NCBI RefSeq assembly: GCF_037042905.1
Contig: NC_087250.1
Location: 21,950,001 to 22,014,000 of the forward strand
Direction: 5' to 3'
From: Lytechinus pictus
Taxonomy: Eukaryota
Length of the DNA: 64,000 nt
The translations under genes were made by a program, and so were the position numbers. This document shows positions 1 to 12,328 of this stretch, in pieces. The notes under the pieces were generated by a model. That model had not been told where the DNA came from, ran no database searches, and was given only the letters and a program-made list of their open reading frames with translations. Within the stretch, counting starts at the first letter, position 1. Each line of letters begins with the position of its first letter.

Positions 1-393
1 TCAATATTCAAATGCTCGTAACTTTCTTATTATTCATTCAATCTTCCTCAAACTTTCAACAATATGTTTCTTTGATTTTTCTCTTTGATATTGATTCAGC
101 TGGTTTCAAGAGTTTCATTCTCCTTTAAGGACGACTGGTGATCCCTTATTGTGGTAAATGGTATTCACCAAAATGTTTATTGGCGATGGTTAAGCAAGTG
201 TAAGAAAGGATCACCAGTAGTTCTTAAACTCGCCTTAACTTACGAACACTTTTATGACCCCCCCCCCCCCGACACTTTACGCGGACTGTATAGCTGATTA
301 TAGTGCTCTAGACAACAATTAATTATATCTTCGATACGGAACTACTTTATCAGACGTAAACTCCACGACATCTGATCGCATCGTATATTCAAA

Positions 394-410
394 ATGGCAG
401 CCAATAACCG
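394..410 (+). CDS. TDO2: TDO putative coding exon 1 (MAANN+CG)
   Basis: CAAAATGG start context, donor CG|GTAAGA, and phase 2 fits exon 2. Too short for homology support. Confidence 0.6.
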
Positions 411-464
411 GTAAGACTGTTATTTGTGTATTTTATCAACCAAAGTATTTTCAAAAGATTAGAC

Positions 465-590
465 TGTGGGTATGACTCTCGTCTTTCAATCTAAGGGATG
501 TTAGTTCGATTCCAAGTCATAGCGTGTATTCATTCAGTCAGAAATATATCCATATTGTGCTGCACTAAATCCGGGTGAGGTGAATAGCAG
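465..590 (+). mobile_element. Degenerate tRNA-derived SINE
   Basis: B-box-like GTTCGATTCC followed by CATATTGTGCTGCACT...GTGAGGTGAAT; same family as the 37750 copy. Confidence 0.6.
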
Positions 591-899
591 AGTCAATTTC
601 ACATCAATTCTTATGTTTATCCATCGAAAATTACAAAGAAAAAAATCCAATTGCTCTTGCTCCCCTTCCTTGTATACCTATTAAAAGACGCACCTGCCTC
701 TTGCTTGCCACCAGTGATAGTGTCTCATGAAGCTATAAACAGCATGACTTCACAAAATGATGATATTCCGAATACGTTTGGGGTTTCTTTTTAATGTCTT
801 CAGAAAAATGATTTAACCGGTTTAAACTGTCTCGTTGTATGTTTGCATGTGAATAAAACGAATGTCCATTATGTTAGACAATAACTAAACAATATATAT

Positions 900-2765
900 A
901 ACCAAGATCGGAACCGAGATTTATCGATGATTTGTCAAAATTTAATCACAAATACAATAGGCAAATGACCTATCATTGTAAAAACTGAGAGTCTCTTCTT
1001 TTCATTTGAAATAACTTAGATTATTTATCATTCATACATGAGTGACCAAAATTAATTTGAAGAAAGGAAACCAAAAAGTCACTTGGCGGGCGGTATCTGA
1101 GTTTCAAAATATAAATCACATTTTTAAAAAGTTCAATATCTGCTCTTTAATATGATACCTTAATTACAGAAAGCGGTCAAGAAGTAACAAAGTTCTGTTT
1201 ATATGAAAATTCAAATTCAATTATACTCATTCAATAATACTCATCAAAAAATCCGAAGACTAACAATGTGAGTTTACATTTAAAAAAAACGTAAGAGAGA
1301 AATGAATAAATAAACATGCAGTGACCATTAAAGAAGAGAACAAATATATATTATGTTTAAAATGCAATAGTAGCATAACAAGAAATTGGATAAGCAGATG
1401 CAAGTAATGAGACAGATTTAATTTATATATTAAAAGAAAGCAGGTGAGGAGCAGGAAAGGGGAGCAAGCAGGGCAATAGTAAGCATGCACTGTAAAAAAA
1501 AAATAAGGCGCCAACCCAGCACCCACAGCGCCCGTACAGCGACTGCACCACGAGTGCCGATCTTCAGTGTAAATTCAAAATAGAAAATCAGCACCCGTAG
1601 CGCAGCCACCACACAAGCACTGTAAGTGCCAAATTAGCACCTCATCTCATACAGTGTGTGTAAAGGTGAGAAAGGAGAGGGGGATGTAGCAAAAATAAAG
1701 GAAAGAGGGGGAAAAGGAATGAAGGAGCACAACAAAAAAGACCCACAAGTAAACAATAAATTACAGATATTACAAATATTATAAGAATTATTTGTACCAA
1801 AAAAAAACAGAAAAGAAAGTGACATGTTGGTGATCATAAAAGACGAGAGAGTGGGAAAGAGCAAAAGGAAGATAGAGAGAGAGAGGGAGAAAGAGAGAAA
1901 GAGAGAATTAGAAAGATCAGACAGAATCTGAAAAATGACATATCTAATCATAAGTAAACAAGATATTACAAACAAAAAAGGGTAAGCATCAATTATGATT
2001 ACTGGTCAGACACCAAATGAAAGGGAGAAATACAAAATATACCATTAATGATTTGCATTACTGATTTACAATACAACGCTGTCCAAAGTGAGTGAAATAA
2101 GTAGGAGTTTGATGCAATTATGAAAGGAAAGACTATAGAAAAGGAGAAAGAAGCAAGAGAGCAAAAAAGATAGAGAAAGAGATTAAAAAAGAGAAAAAAA
2201 GGGGAAAGGGAGACGGGAAAAGAAAAAATAGATCAAATCTAGTTAGGTAATATTGCACAACAGATACATCAAATGAATAAGGCTTGCATTCCAATAATTT
2301 CATAAAAGGAAGGGGTTTTACTGGATAGCTTTCAGACTTACTCGACATTCCGTTTTGTTGACGATCAGCCATGCATAAAGTCTTATGTTAGCTTAGGTGA
2401 GAAACCGGTGAAAACATGTGTGTTTCATGAAATTATGGAAATACGAACATTGTTTTAAAGAAACATAGCTCTGTTATTTCTTGACAATTTCTGCGATTTA
2501 GCTATCAAATTAAAAAGCAGATATTCACCTTTTTAGGCATGCGATTTTCCTTTTGAAATTTTGATACCCCCCGCCAAATGACTTTTTGCTATCCTTTCTT
2601 CAAATTGTTTTTACTCACTCATGCGTGGATGAGAAATGTCATATGTTATACCATCTGAAAGTAGCGATTCTAAGCTTTACATTGGTAGGTCATTTGTCTA
2701 TTTTATTTGTGATTAAGTTATGATAAATCATCGCTAAACATCGGTTTCGTTTTTTTTACGCACTG
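900..2765. mobile_element. Non-autonomous DNA element with long (~300 bp) diverged TIRs; right end ...CACTG|TA (Tc1/mariner-like terminus)
   Basis: ~910-1200 is an imperfect reverse complement of ~2460-2750 (e.g. AATCACAAATACAATAGGCAAATGACCTA vs TAGGTCATTTGTCTATTTTATTTGTGATT). Confidence 0.65.
1488..1656. mobile_element. Palindromic CACTG...CAGTG MITE, T>C hypermutated (also 3932-4099, 6328-6494, 10340-10506)
   Basis: Collinear with the intact palindromic MITE at 30314-30482. Confidence 0.85.
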
Positions 2766-5700
2766 TATATAAATATATATATATATATGCAGCAATGGAG
2801 ATACACACCTGAAAGTTGACCCTGAGTCAACCGACTTGAAGTCAATTTACTCAGAGTCATGTTCAGGACTTGACATTTTTTCGAGCTCAGAGAGTGTAAT
2901 GCGGGCGGCAACGGAGTGCTATATCACGATTGCAGTTTCTTTCAGTTGATTTTTCTAACATGTTGTCTGTTTTCTTGATAACTGTTCAACTGGTTTGAGT
3001 TATTGCTTGGTTATTCATCTCTATTTGCGTTTCCTGTATTAATTATAATGCCTTAATAACAAAATAATGAGTCTAGATTTGTCATTGTAATGTTCCACGC
3101 AGAGCGATTAATGTGGGGTTGTGGTCGTTTATATTAGAACAGCCACTATACGCACGTGCATAGACCTACTGCGTACTCTGCGGAGCGAGAGCCGATTTTG
3201 AGTAATTGTGTAGTCTTATTCCAGGAATAAATAAATAAGTAAAATAATAATTATAACAATGCTCTAAAATTGTTTGGTTTTGTTTTTGTTGTTCAAACTG
3301 TGGTGTGATATTATGGTTCTACGCTTATTTTCCAAGATTCGTCAATTTTGACATCCAATAAAGTGTACTGACAGTGGCGTAGGCATACTTCTGGTAGGGT
3401 TTGTGTCTTTGTGGGGCGCGCTGCTGTTCCCCCACCCCCCCCCCCCCACCGCCCATCCCCCATATTATTTATCATTCATACATGAGTGACCAAAATTAAT
3501 TTGAAGAAAGGAAACCAAAAAGTCACTTGGCGGGCGGTATCTGAGTTTCAAAATATAAATCACATTTTTTAAAAGTTCAATATCTGCTCTTTAATATGAT
3601 ACCTTAATTACAGAAAGCGGTCAAGAAGTAACAAAGTTCTGTTTATATGAAAATTCAAATTCAATTATACTCATTCAATAATACTCATCAAAAAATCCGA
3701 AGACTAACAATGTGAGTTTACATTTAAAAAAAACGTAAGAGAGAAATGAATAAATAAACATGCAGTGACCATTAAAGAAGAGAACAAATATATATTATGT
3801 TTAAAATGCAATAGTAGCATAACAAGAAATTGGATAAGCAGATGCAAGTAATGAGACAGATTTAATTTATATATTAAAAAAAAGCAGGTGAGGAGCAGGA
3901 AAGGGGAGCAAGCAGGGCAATAGTAAGCATGCACTGTAAAGAAAAATGAAGCGCCAACCCAGCACCCACAGCGCCCGTACAGCGACTGCACCACGAGTGC
4001 CGATCTTCAGTGCAAATTCAAAATAGAAAATCAGCACCCGTAAGGCAGCCACCACACAAGCACTGTAAGTGCCAAATTAGCACCTCATCTCATACAGTGT
4101 GTGTAAAGGTGAGAAAGGAGAGGGGGATGTAGCAAAAATAAAGGAAAGAGGGGGAAAAGGAATGAAGGAGCGCAACAAAAAAGACCCACAAGTAAACAAT
4201 AAATTACAGATATTACAAATATTATAAGAATTATTTGTACCAAAAAAAAACAGAAAAGAAAGTGACATGTTGGTGATCATAAAAGACGAGAGAGTGGGAA
4301 AGAGCAAAAGGAAGATAGAGAGAGAGAGGGAGAAAGAGAGAAAGAGAGAATTAGAAAGATCAGACAGAATCTGAAAAATGACATATCTAATCATAAGTAA
4401 ACAAGATATTACAAACAAAAAAAGGTAAGCATCAATTATGATTACTGGTCAGACACCAAATGAAAGGGAGAAATACAAAATATACCATTAATGATTTGCA
4501 TTACTGATTTACAATACAACGCTGTCCAAAGTGAGTGAAATAAGTAGGAGTTTGATGCAATTATGAAAGGAAAGACTATAGAAAAGGAGAAAGAAGCAAG
4601 AGAGCAAAAAAGATAGAGAAAGAGATTAAAAAAGAGAAAAAAAGGGGAAAGGGAGACGGGAAAAGAAAAAATAGATCAAATCTAGTTAGGTAATATTGCA
4701 CAACAGATACATCAAATGAATAAGGCTTGCATTCCAATAATTTCATAAAAGGAAGGGGTTTTACTGGATAGCTTTCAGACTTACTCGACATTCCGTTTTG
4801 TTGACGATCAGCCATGCATAAAGTCTTATGTTAGCTTAGGTGAGAAACCGGTGAAAACATGTGTGTTTCATGAAATTATGGAAATACGAACATTGTTTTA
4901 AAGAAACATAGCTCTGTTATTTCTTGACAATTTCTGCGATTTAGCTATCAAATTAAAAAGCAGATATTCACCTTTTTAGGCATGCGATTTTCCTTTTGAA
5001 ATTTTGATACCCCCCGCCAAATGACTTTTTGCTATCCTTTCTTCAAATTGTTTTTACTCACTCATGCGTGGATGAGAAATGTCATATGTTATACCATCTG
5101 AAAGTAGCGATTCTAAGCTTTACAATGGTAGGTCATTTGTCTATTTTATTTGTGATTAAGTTATGATAAATCATCGCTAAACATCGGTTTCGTTTTTTTT
5201 ACGCACTGTATATATATATAAATATATATATATATATGCAGCAATGGAGATACACACCTGAAAGTTGACCCTGAGTCAAGCTCAGAGAGTGTACTGCGGG
5301 CGGCAACGGAGTGCTATATCACGATTGCAGTTTCTTTCAGTTGATTTTTCTAACAAGTTGTCTGTTTTCTTGATAACTGTTCAACTGGTTTGAGTTATTG
5401 CTTGGTTATTCATCTCTATTTGCGTTTCCTGTATTAATTATAATGCCTTAATAACAAAATAATGAGTCTAGATTTGTCATTGTAATGTTCCACGCAGAGC
5501 GATTAATGTGGGGTTGTGGTCGTTTATATTAGAACAGCCACTATACGCACGTGCATAGACCTACTGCGTACTCTGCGGAGCGAGAGCCGATTTTGAGTAA
5601 TTGTGTAGTCTTATTCCAGGAATAAATAAATAAGTAAAATAATAATTATAACAATGCTCTAAAATTGTTTGGTTTTGTTTTTGTTGTTCAAACTGTGGTG

Positions 5701-7630
5701 TGATATTATGGTTCGACGCTTATTTTCCAAGATTCGTCAATTTTGACATCCAATAAAGTGTACTGACAGTGGCGTAGGCATACTTCTGGTAGGGTTTGTG
5801 TCTTTGTGGGGCGCGCTGCTGTTCCCCCACCCCCCCCCCCCCCACCGCCCATCCCCCATATTATTTATCATTCATACATGAGTGACCAAAATTAATTTGA
5901 AGAAAGGAAACCAAAAAGTCACTTGGCGGGCGGTATCTGAGTTTCAAAATATAAATCACATTTTTTAAAAGTTCAATATCTGCTCTTTAATATGATACCT
6001 TAATTACAGAAAGCGGTCAAGAAGTAACAAAGTTCTGTTTATATGAAAATTCAAATTCAATTATACTCATTCAATAATACTCATCAAAAAATCCGAAGAC
6101 TAACAATGTGAGTTTACATTTTAAAAAAACGTAAGAGAGAAATGAATAAATAAACATGTAGTGACCATTAAAGAAGAGAACAAATATATATTATGTTTAA
6201 AATGCAATAGTAGCATAACAAGAAATTGGATAAGCAGATGCAAGTAATGAGACAGATTTAATTTATATATTAAAAAAAAGCAGGTGAGGAGCAGGAAAGG
6301 GGAGCAAGCAGGGCAATAGTAAGCATGCACTGTAAAAAAAATGAAGCGCCAACCCAGCACCCACAGCGCCCGTACAGCGACTGCACCACGAGTGCCGATC
6401 TTCAGTGTAAATTCAAAATAGAAAATCAGCACCCGTAGCGCAGCCACCACACAAGCACTGTAAGTGCCAAATTAGCACCTCATCTCATACAGTGTGTGTA
6501 AAGGTGAGAAAGGAGAGGGGGATGTAGCAAAAATAAAGGAAAGAGGGGGAAAAGGAATGAAGGAGCACAACAAAAAAGACCCACAAGTAAACAATAAATT
6601 ACAGATATTACAAATATTATAAGAATTATTTGTACCAAAAAAAAACAGAAAAGAAAGTGACATGTTGGTGATCATAAAAGACGAGAGAGTGGGAAAGAGC
6701 AAAAGGAAGATAGAGAGAGAGAGGGAGAAAGAGAGAAAGAGAGAATTAGAAAGATCAGACAGAATCTGAAAAATGACATATCTAATCATAAGTAAACAAG
6801 ATATTACAAACAAAAAAAGGTAAGCATCAATTATGATTACTGGTCAGACACCAAATGAAAGGGAGAAATACAAAATATACCATTAATGATTTGCATTACT
6901 GATTTACAATACAACGCTGTCCAAAGTGAGTGAAATAAGTAGGAGTTTGATGCAATTATGAAAGGAAAGACTATAGAAAAGGAGAAAGAAGCAAGAGAGC
7001 AAAAAAGATAGAGAAAGAGATTAAAAAAGAGAAAAAAAGGGGAAAGGGAGACGGGAAAAGAAAAAATAGATCAAATCTATTAGGTAATATTGCACAACAG
7101 ATACATCAAATGAATAAGGCTTGCATTCCAATAATTTCATAAAAGGAAGGGGTTTTACTGGATAGCTTTCAGACTTACTCGACATTCCGTTTTGTTGACG
7201 ATCAGCCATGCATAAAGTCTTATGTTAGCTTAGGTGAGAAACCGGTGAAAACATGTGTGTTTCATGAAATTATGGAAATACGAACATTGTTTTAAAGAAA
7301 CATAGCTCTGTTATTTCTTGACAATTTCTGCGATTTAGCTATCAAATTAAAAAGCAGATATTCACCTTTTTAGGCATGCGATTTTCCTTTTGAAATTTTG
7401 ATACCCCCCGCCAAATGACTTTTTGCTATCCTTTCTTCAAATTGTTTTTACCCACTCATGCGTGGATGAGAAATGTCATATGTTATACCATCTGAAAGTA
7501 GCGATTCTAAGCTTTACAATGGTAGGTCATTTGTCTATTTTATTTGTGATTAAGTTATGATAAATCATCGCTAAACATCGGTTTCGTTTTTTTTACGCAC
7601 TGTATATATATATATAAATATATATATATA

Positions 7631-9244
7631 CACTGTTGGTCATAAAGGTGGAATAAAATATTTTTGAATAAAAATCGACAGTTTTGTTGGTATTTGAAAG
7701 GCTACACGTAGACTAAATGGTAATTGAGTGATTACATAATGTTTCCCCATTACACAGGTGACATTATAACATGAGAAATTTTGATTACGTAATAAATTAT
7801 TTTGTTGTAGACTATAAAAGCCTATGCATATGATATTCTGTCCCTTTCCCTGATTTAGCACTGTGTATAAGAAGGTTGCATTTTTTCGAGTTCCTTGTAC
7901 CGTTTGAAATAAAAATCGGTAGAGACGTTCCCTGGACTATGCCTGGTCCAACGGCAACAGCAACACGCGAGAGAGTGGTAGCACTGCGACAGGAGGGCTA
8001 CAAGCAGACTGATACCGCAGAAGTCCTAGGGATATCACAGAGTGCAGTCTCTAAGATCCTGAAACGTCAACGTGAGGCGGGGAATGTGCGGCCACGGAAA
8101 CCTCCAGGACGTCCCAGATTGACCACAAGAAGAGATGATCGCCAACTGTTGAATTTCAGTCGCAGAAACCGGAAATTGCCCAAGAGCCGTCTCCGTCGCT
8201 TGTGGAGGAGATATTATGGGATCAACGTTTCCCGGTCAACCGTTAATCGCAGATCGCTCCAACATGGTAACCGAGCACGACGGTTGACCAAATGTCCACG
8301 CCTGTCTGTTCACCTCAGAGTAGCTCGTCTTCTTTGGGCTAGGGAGCACAGAAGGCTTCATCCAGGACATAAAGGATGGGAGACAACGAGTTCGTCGATT
8401 AGCCGGGGAAAACCTTTGTGATGAATGTATCCACGAGACGACTCAAGTCGGAGGCGGCTCAGTGAAGATATGGGCCGGCATCCATTATGGAGGGAAAACG
8501 CCAATGGTGGTTCCGGACGGAAACGTCAACGCCGCCGCCTACAGGGATATCTTGGAGTTCCACTGTCTTCCATATGCAAGACGAGTGTATGGGCACAATT
8601 TCCGACTGCAGGATGACAACGCTAGACCGCAAAGGGCCGCTGCAGTAAAGGAATTCCTGGAGGCAGAGGGCGTCGTACAGTTGCCATGGCCAGCTTGTTC
8701 GCCGGATATGAACCCCATAGAGCATGCATGGGATGCCCTAGGCCGAGCCATCAACGACAGAGAGGTCATTCCTCAAAATCTGCAGGAGTTGGTAGATGCT
8801 CTGAGGGAAGAATGGGACGCTATGCCTGTTGACGTCATCAACAAGCTAGTGGACAGCATGTAACGACGTCTGCATGCGCTGGTTCGTGCCAGGGGTGGAC
8901 ATACCCGATACTAGTGACTGAGTAAGAACAATGACTCAAGTTTGATGCAAATTTGTCCATGAAATCACAAAAAAAAGTCATCTGGAAAACTGAGAGAGAT
9001 TGAAAAAAAATATCTCATGATCCTTTAACTTACTGTATATTGTCGTCAGTGTTGTTCTATGCTCATGACATCCATCGCTTAGGACATAAACTTGTAAAAC
9101 ATCACTGTCAAACGTGTGTAAAAGGCAGAATTATAAAGTAAAGTGGTTATCATGCACCATAAATGCCATATTCAAATCATGTTGTAATAATTACGCTGAG
9201 AAAATTTGGTGAAAAAAAATATTCCACCTTTATGACCAACAGTG
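7631..9244 (+). mobile_element. Tc1-family (DD34E) transposon, 1614 bp, 25-bp TIRs, TA target
   Basis: TIR CACTGTTGGTCATAAAGGTGGAATA at 7631-7655 and its reverse complement at 9220-9244; flanked by TA; the other array units show the empty site. Confidence 0.96.
7939..8914 (+). pseudogene. Tc1 transposase pseudogene
   Basis: HTH N-terminus, GRPR, QDDNARP...SPDMNPIEH (D-34-E), GGHTRY*. A frameshifting deletion near 8370 removes the first catalytic D (FSDES region); premature TAA at 8861-8863. Confidence 0.92.
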
Positions 9245-11718
9245 TATATGCAGCAATGGAGATACACACCTGAAAGTTGACCCTGAGTCAAGCTCAGAGA
9301 GTGTACTGCGGGCGGCAACGGAGTGCTATATCACGATTGCAGTTTCTTTCAGTTGATTTTTCTAACAAGTTGTCTGTTTTCTTGATAACTGTTCAACTGG
9401 TTTGAGTTATTGCTTGGTTATTCATCTCTATTTGCGTTTCCTGTATTAATTATAATGCCTTAATAACAAAATAATGAGTCTAGATTTGTCATTGTAATGT
9501 TCCACGCAGAGCGATTAATGTGGGGTTGTGGTCGTTTATATTAGAACAGCCACTATACGCACGTGCATAGACCTACTGCGTACTCTGCGGAGCGAGAGCC
9601 GATTTTGAGTAATTGTGTAGTCTTATTCCAGGAATAAATAAATAAGTAAAATAATAATTATAACAATGCTCTAAAATTGTTTGGTTTTGTTTTTGTTGTT
9701 CAAACTGTGGTGTGATATTATGGTTCGACGCTTATTTTCCAAGATTCGTCAATTTTGACATCCAATAAAGTGTACTGACAGTGGCGTAGGCATACTTCTT
9801 GTAGGGTTTGTGTCTTTGTGGGGCGCGCTGCTGTTCCCCCACCCCCCCCCCCCCCACCGCCCATCCCCCATATTATTTATCATTCATACATGAGTGACCA
9901 AAATTAATTTGAAGAAAGGAAACCAAAAAGTCACTTGGCGGGCGGTATCTGAGTTTCAAAATATAAATCACATTTTTTTAAAGTTCAATATCTGCTCTTT
10001 AATATGATACCTTAATTACAGAAAGCGGTCAAGAAGTAACAAAGTTCTGTTTATATGAAAATTCAAATTCAATTATACTCATTCAATAATACTCATCAAA
10101 AAATCCGAAGACTAACAATGTGAGTTTACATTTTAAAAAAACGTAAGAGAGAAATGAATAAATAAACATGTAGTGACCATTAAAGAAGAGAACAAATATA
10201 TATTATGTTTAAAATGCAATAGTAGCATAACAAGAAATTGGATAAGCAGATGCAAGTAATGAGACAGATTTAATTTATATATTAAAAAAAAGCAGGTGAG
10301 GAGCAGGAAAGGGGAGCAAGCAGGGCAATAGTAAGCATGCACTGTAAAAAAAATGAAGCGCCAACCCAGCACCCACAGCGCCCGTACAGCGACTGCACCA
10401 CGAGTGCCGATCTTCAGTGTAAATTCAAAATAGAAAATCAGCACCCGTAGCGCAGCCACCACACAAGCACTGTAAGTGCCAAATTAGCACCTCATCTCAT
10501 ACAGTGTGTGTAAAGGTGAGAAAGGAGAGGGGGATGTAGCAAAAATAAAGGAAAGAGGGGGAAAAGGAATGAAGGAGCACAACAAAAAAGACCCACAAGT
10601 AAACAATAAATTACAGATATTACAAATATTATAAGAATTATTTGTACCAAAAAAAAACAGAAAAGAAAGTGACATGTTGGTGATCATAAAAGACGAGAGA
10701 GTGGGAAAGAGCAAAAGGAAGATAGAGAGAGAGAGGGAGAAAGAGAGAAAGAGAGAATTAGAAAGATCAGACAGAATCTGAAAAATGACATATCTAATCA
10801 TAAGTAAACAAGATATTACAAACAAAAAAAGGTAAGCATCAATTATGATTACTGGTCAGACACCAAATGAAAGGGAGAAATACAAAATATACCATTAATG
10901 ATTTGCATTACTGATTTACAATACAACGCTGTCCAAAGTGAGTGAAATAAGTAGGAGTTTGATGCAATTATGAAAGGAAAGACTATAGAAAAGGAGAAAG
11001 AAGCAAGAGAGCAAAAAAGATAGAGAAAGAGATTAAAAAAGAGAAAAAAAGGGGAAAGGGAGACGGGAAAAGAAAAAATAGATCAAATCTAGTTAGGTAA
11101 TATTGCACAACAGATACATCAAATGAATAAGGCTTGCATTCCAATAATTTCATAAAAGGAATGGTTTTACTGGATAGCTTTCAGACTAATACTCGACATT
11201 CCGTTTTGTTGACAATCAGCCATGCATAAAGTCTTAGTCTTTTGTTAGCTTAGGTGTTTCATGAAATTATGGAAATTCGAACATTATTTTGAAGAAACAT
11301 AGTTCTGTTATTTCTTGACAATTTCTGCGATTTAGCTATCAAATTAAAAAGCAGATATTCACCTTTTTTGGCATGCGATTTTCTTTTTGAAATTTTGATA
11401 CCCCCCGCCAAATGACTTTCTGCTATCCTTTCTTCAAATTAGTTTTCACTCACTCATGCGTGGATGAGAAATCTCATATGTTATACCATCTGAAAGAAGC
11501 GATTCTAAGCTTTACAATAGTAGGTCATTTGTCTATTTGTCTATTTGTCTATCATCGCTGAACCTCGGTTTCGTTTTTTGTGGAACGCACTGTATATATA
11601 TATATATATAAAAGAAGAGGGCCCTTTGCATAACGTGTATTACAGCGCGTCATGTTCTATGTACACTTGTAAATAATTCAGCATCAACGCAAGACGTAGC
11701 TTCCATGTATCTCTTTAT

Positions 11719-11756
11719 TACAAGCTTTCGGCCAATGGGGCCTTCATCAGGCCGGC
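11719..11756 (-). ncRNA. Minimal hammerhead ribozyme motif (left arm)
   Basis: Reverse complement of CUGAUGA-A-GGCC-CCAUU-GGCC-GAAA-GCUU. Confidence 0.6.
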
Positions 11757-11809
11757 ATTGAAATTAACTTGGGATTCTGTTCATCAGGAGGAGTAGTGAG
11801 TCTTGTGTA

Positions 11810-12005
11810 CACTCTTAAAAATGTTGGGCAACATACGGTCCACACAACAATTGGTTAAAACTTTATCCAATTCTGGGTAGTTTTACACCAATAATGTGTG
11901 CTTTGGGTGAAAACTACACAGTATTGGTGTAAAACTACCCAGAATTGGATAAAGTTTTAACCAATTGTTGTGTGGACCGTATGTTGCCCAACATTTTTAA
12001 GAGTG
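11810..12005. mobile_element. 196-bp palindromic MITE, CAC...GTG ends, TA TSD
   Basis: ~84-bp perfect TIRs; the opposite hairpin arm shows the empty site. Confidence 0.93.
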
Positions 12006-12190
12006 TAGGTAATACTATAATTCCAGTGTCAGTGAGAGTGTGTCGACTGGGTGTGCAGGTATGAGGTAAAGACTTTACCTCATACCTGCACACCCAGTCG
12101 ACACACTCTCACTGACACTGGAATTATAGTATTACCTACACAAGACTCACTACTCCTCCTGATGAACAGAATCCCAAGTTAATTTCAATG

Positions 12191-12228
12191 CCGGCCTGAT
12201 GAAGGCCCCATTGGCCGAAAGCTTGTAA
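12191..12228 (+). ncRNA. Minimal hammerhead ribozyme motif (right arm)
   Basis: CUGAUGA 12196-12202, stem II GGCC/GGCC, GAAA 12217-12220, palindromic AGCU stem III then U; stem I very short. Confidence 0.6.
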
Positions 12229-12279
12229 TAAAGAGATACATGGAAGCTACGTCTTGCGTTGATGTTGAATTATTTACAA

Positions 12280-12325
<46 letters not shown>

Positions 12326-12328
<3 letters not shown>

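Larger units (their letters stand above)
1021..11592 (+). repeat. Tandem array of ~2.4-kb units (starts 1021, 3465, 5861, 9873; last unit partial)
   Basis: Near-identical units with periods 2444, 2396 and 4012 (the last includes the Tc1 insertion); the same spurious ORFs recur. Confidence 0.97.
11665..12281. repeat. Near-perfect inverted repeat (208-bp arms, 3-nt loop at 12071-12073); probable Penelope-like element terminal fragment
   Basis: Arms match with one mismatch seen once the MITE at 11810-12005 is removed; each arm carries a hammerhead core. Confidence 0.85.

Noticed and set aside
1260..10825. Recurrent hydrophobic minus-strand ORFs (113 aa, 109 aa, etc.)
   Set aside because: By-products of purine-rich repeat units; A-tract indels shift the frames between copies.
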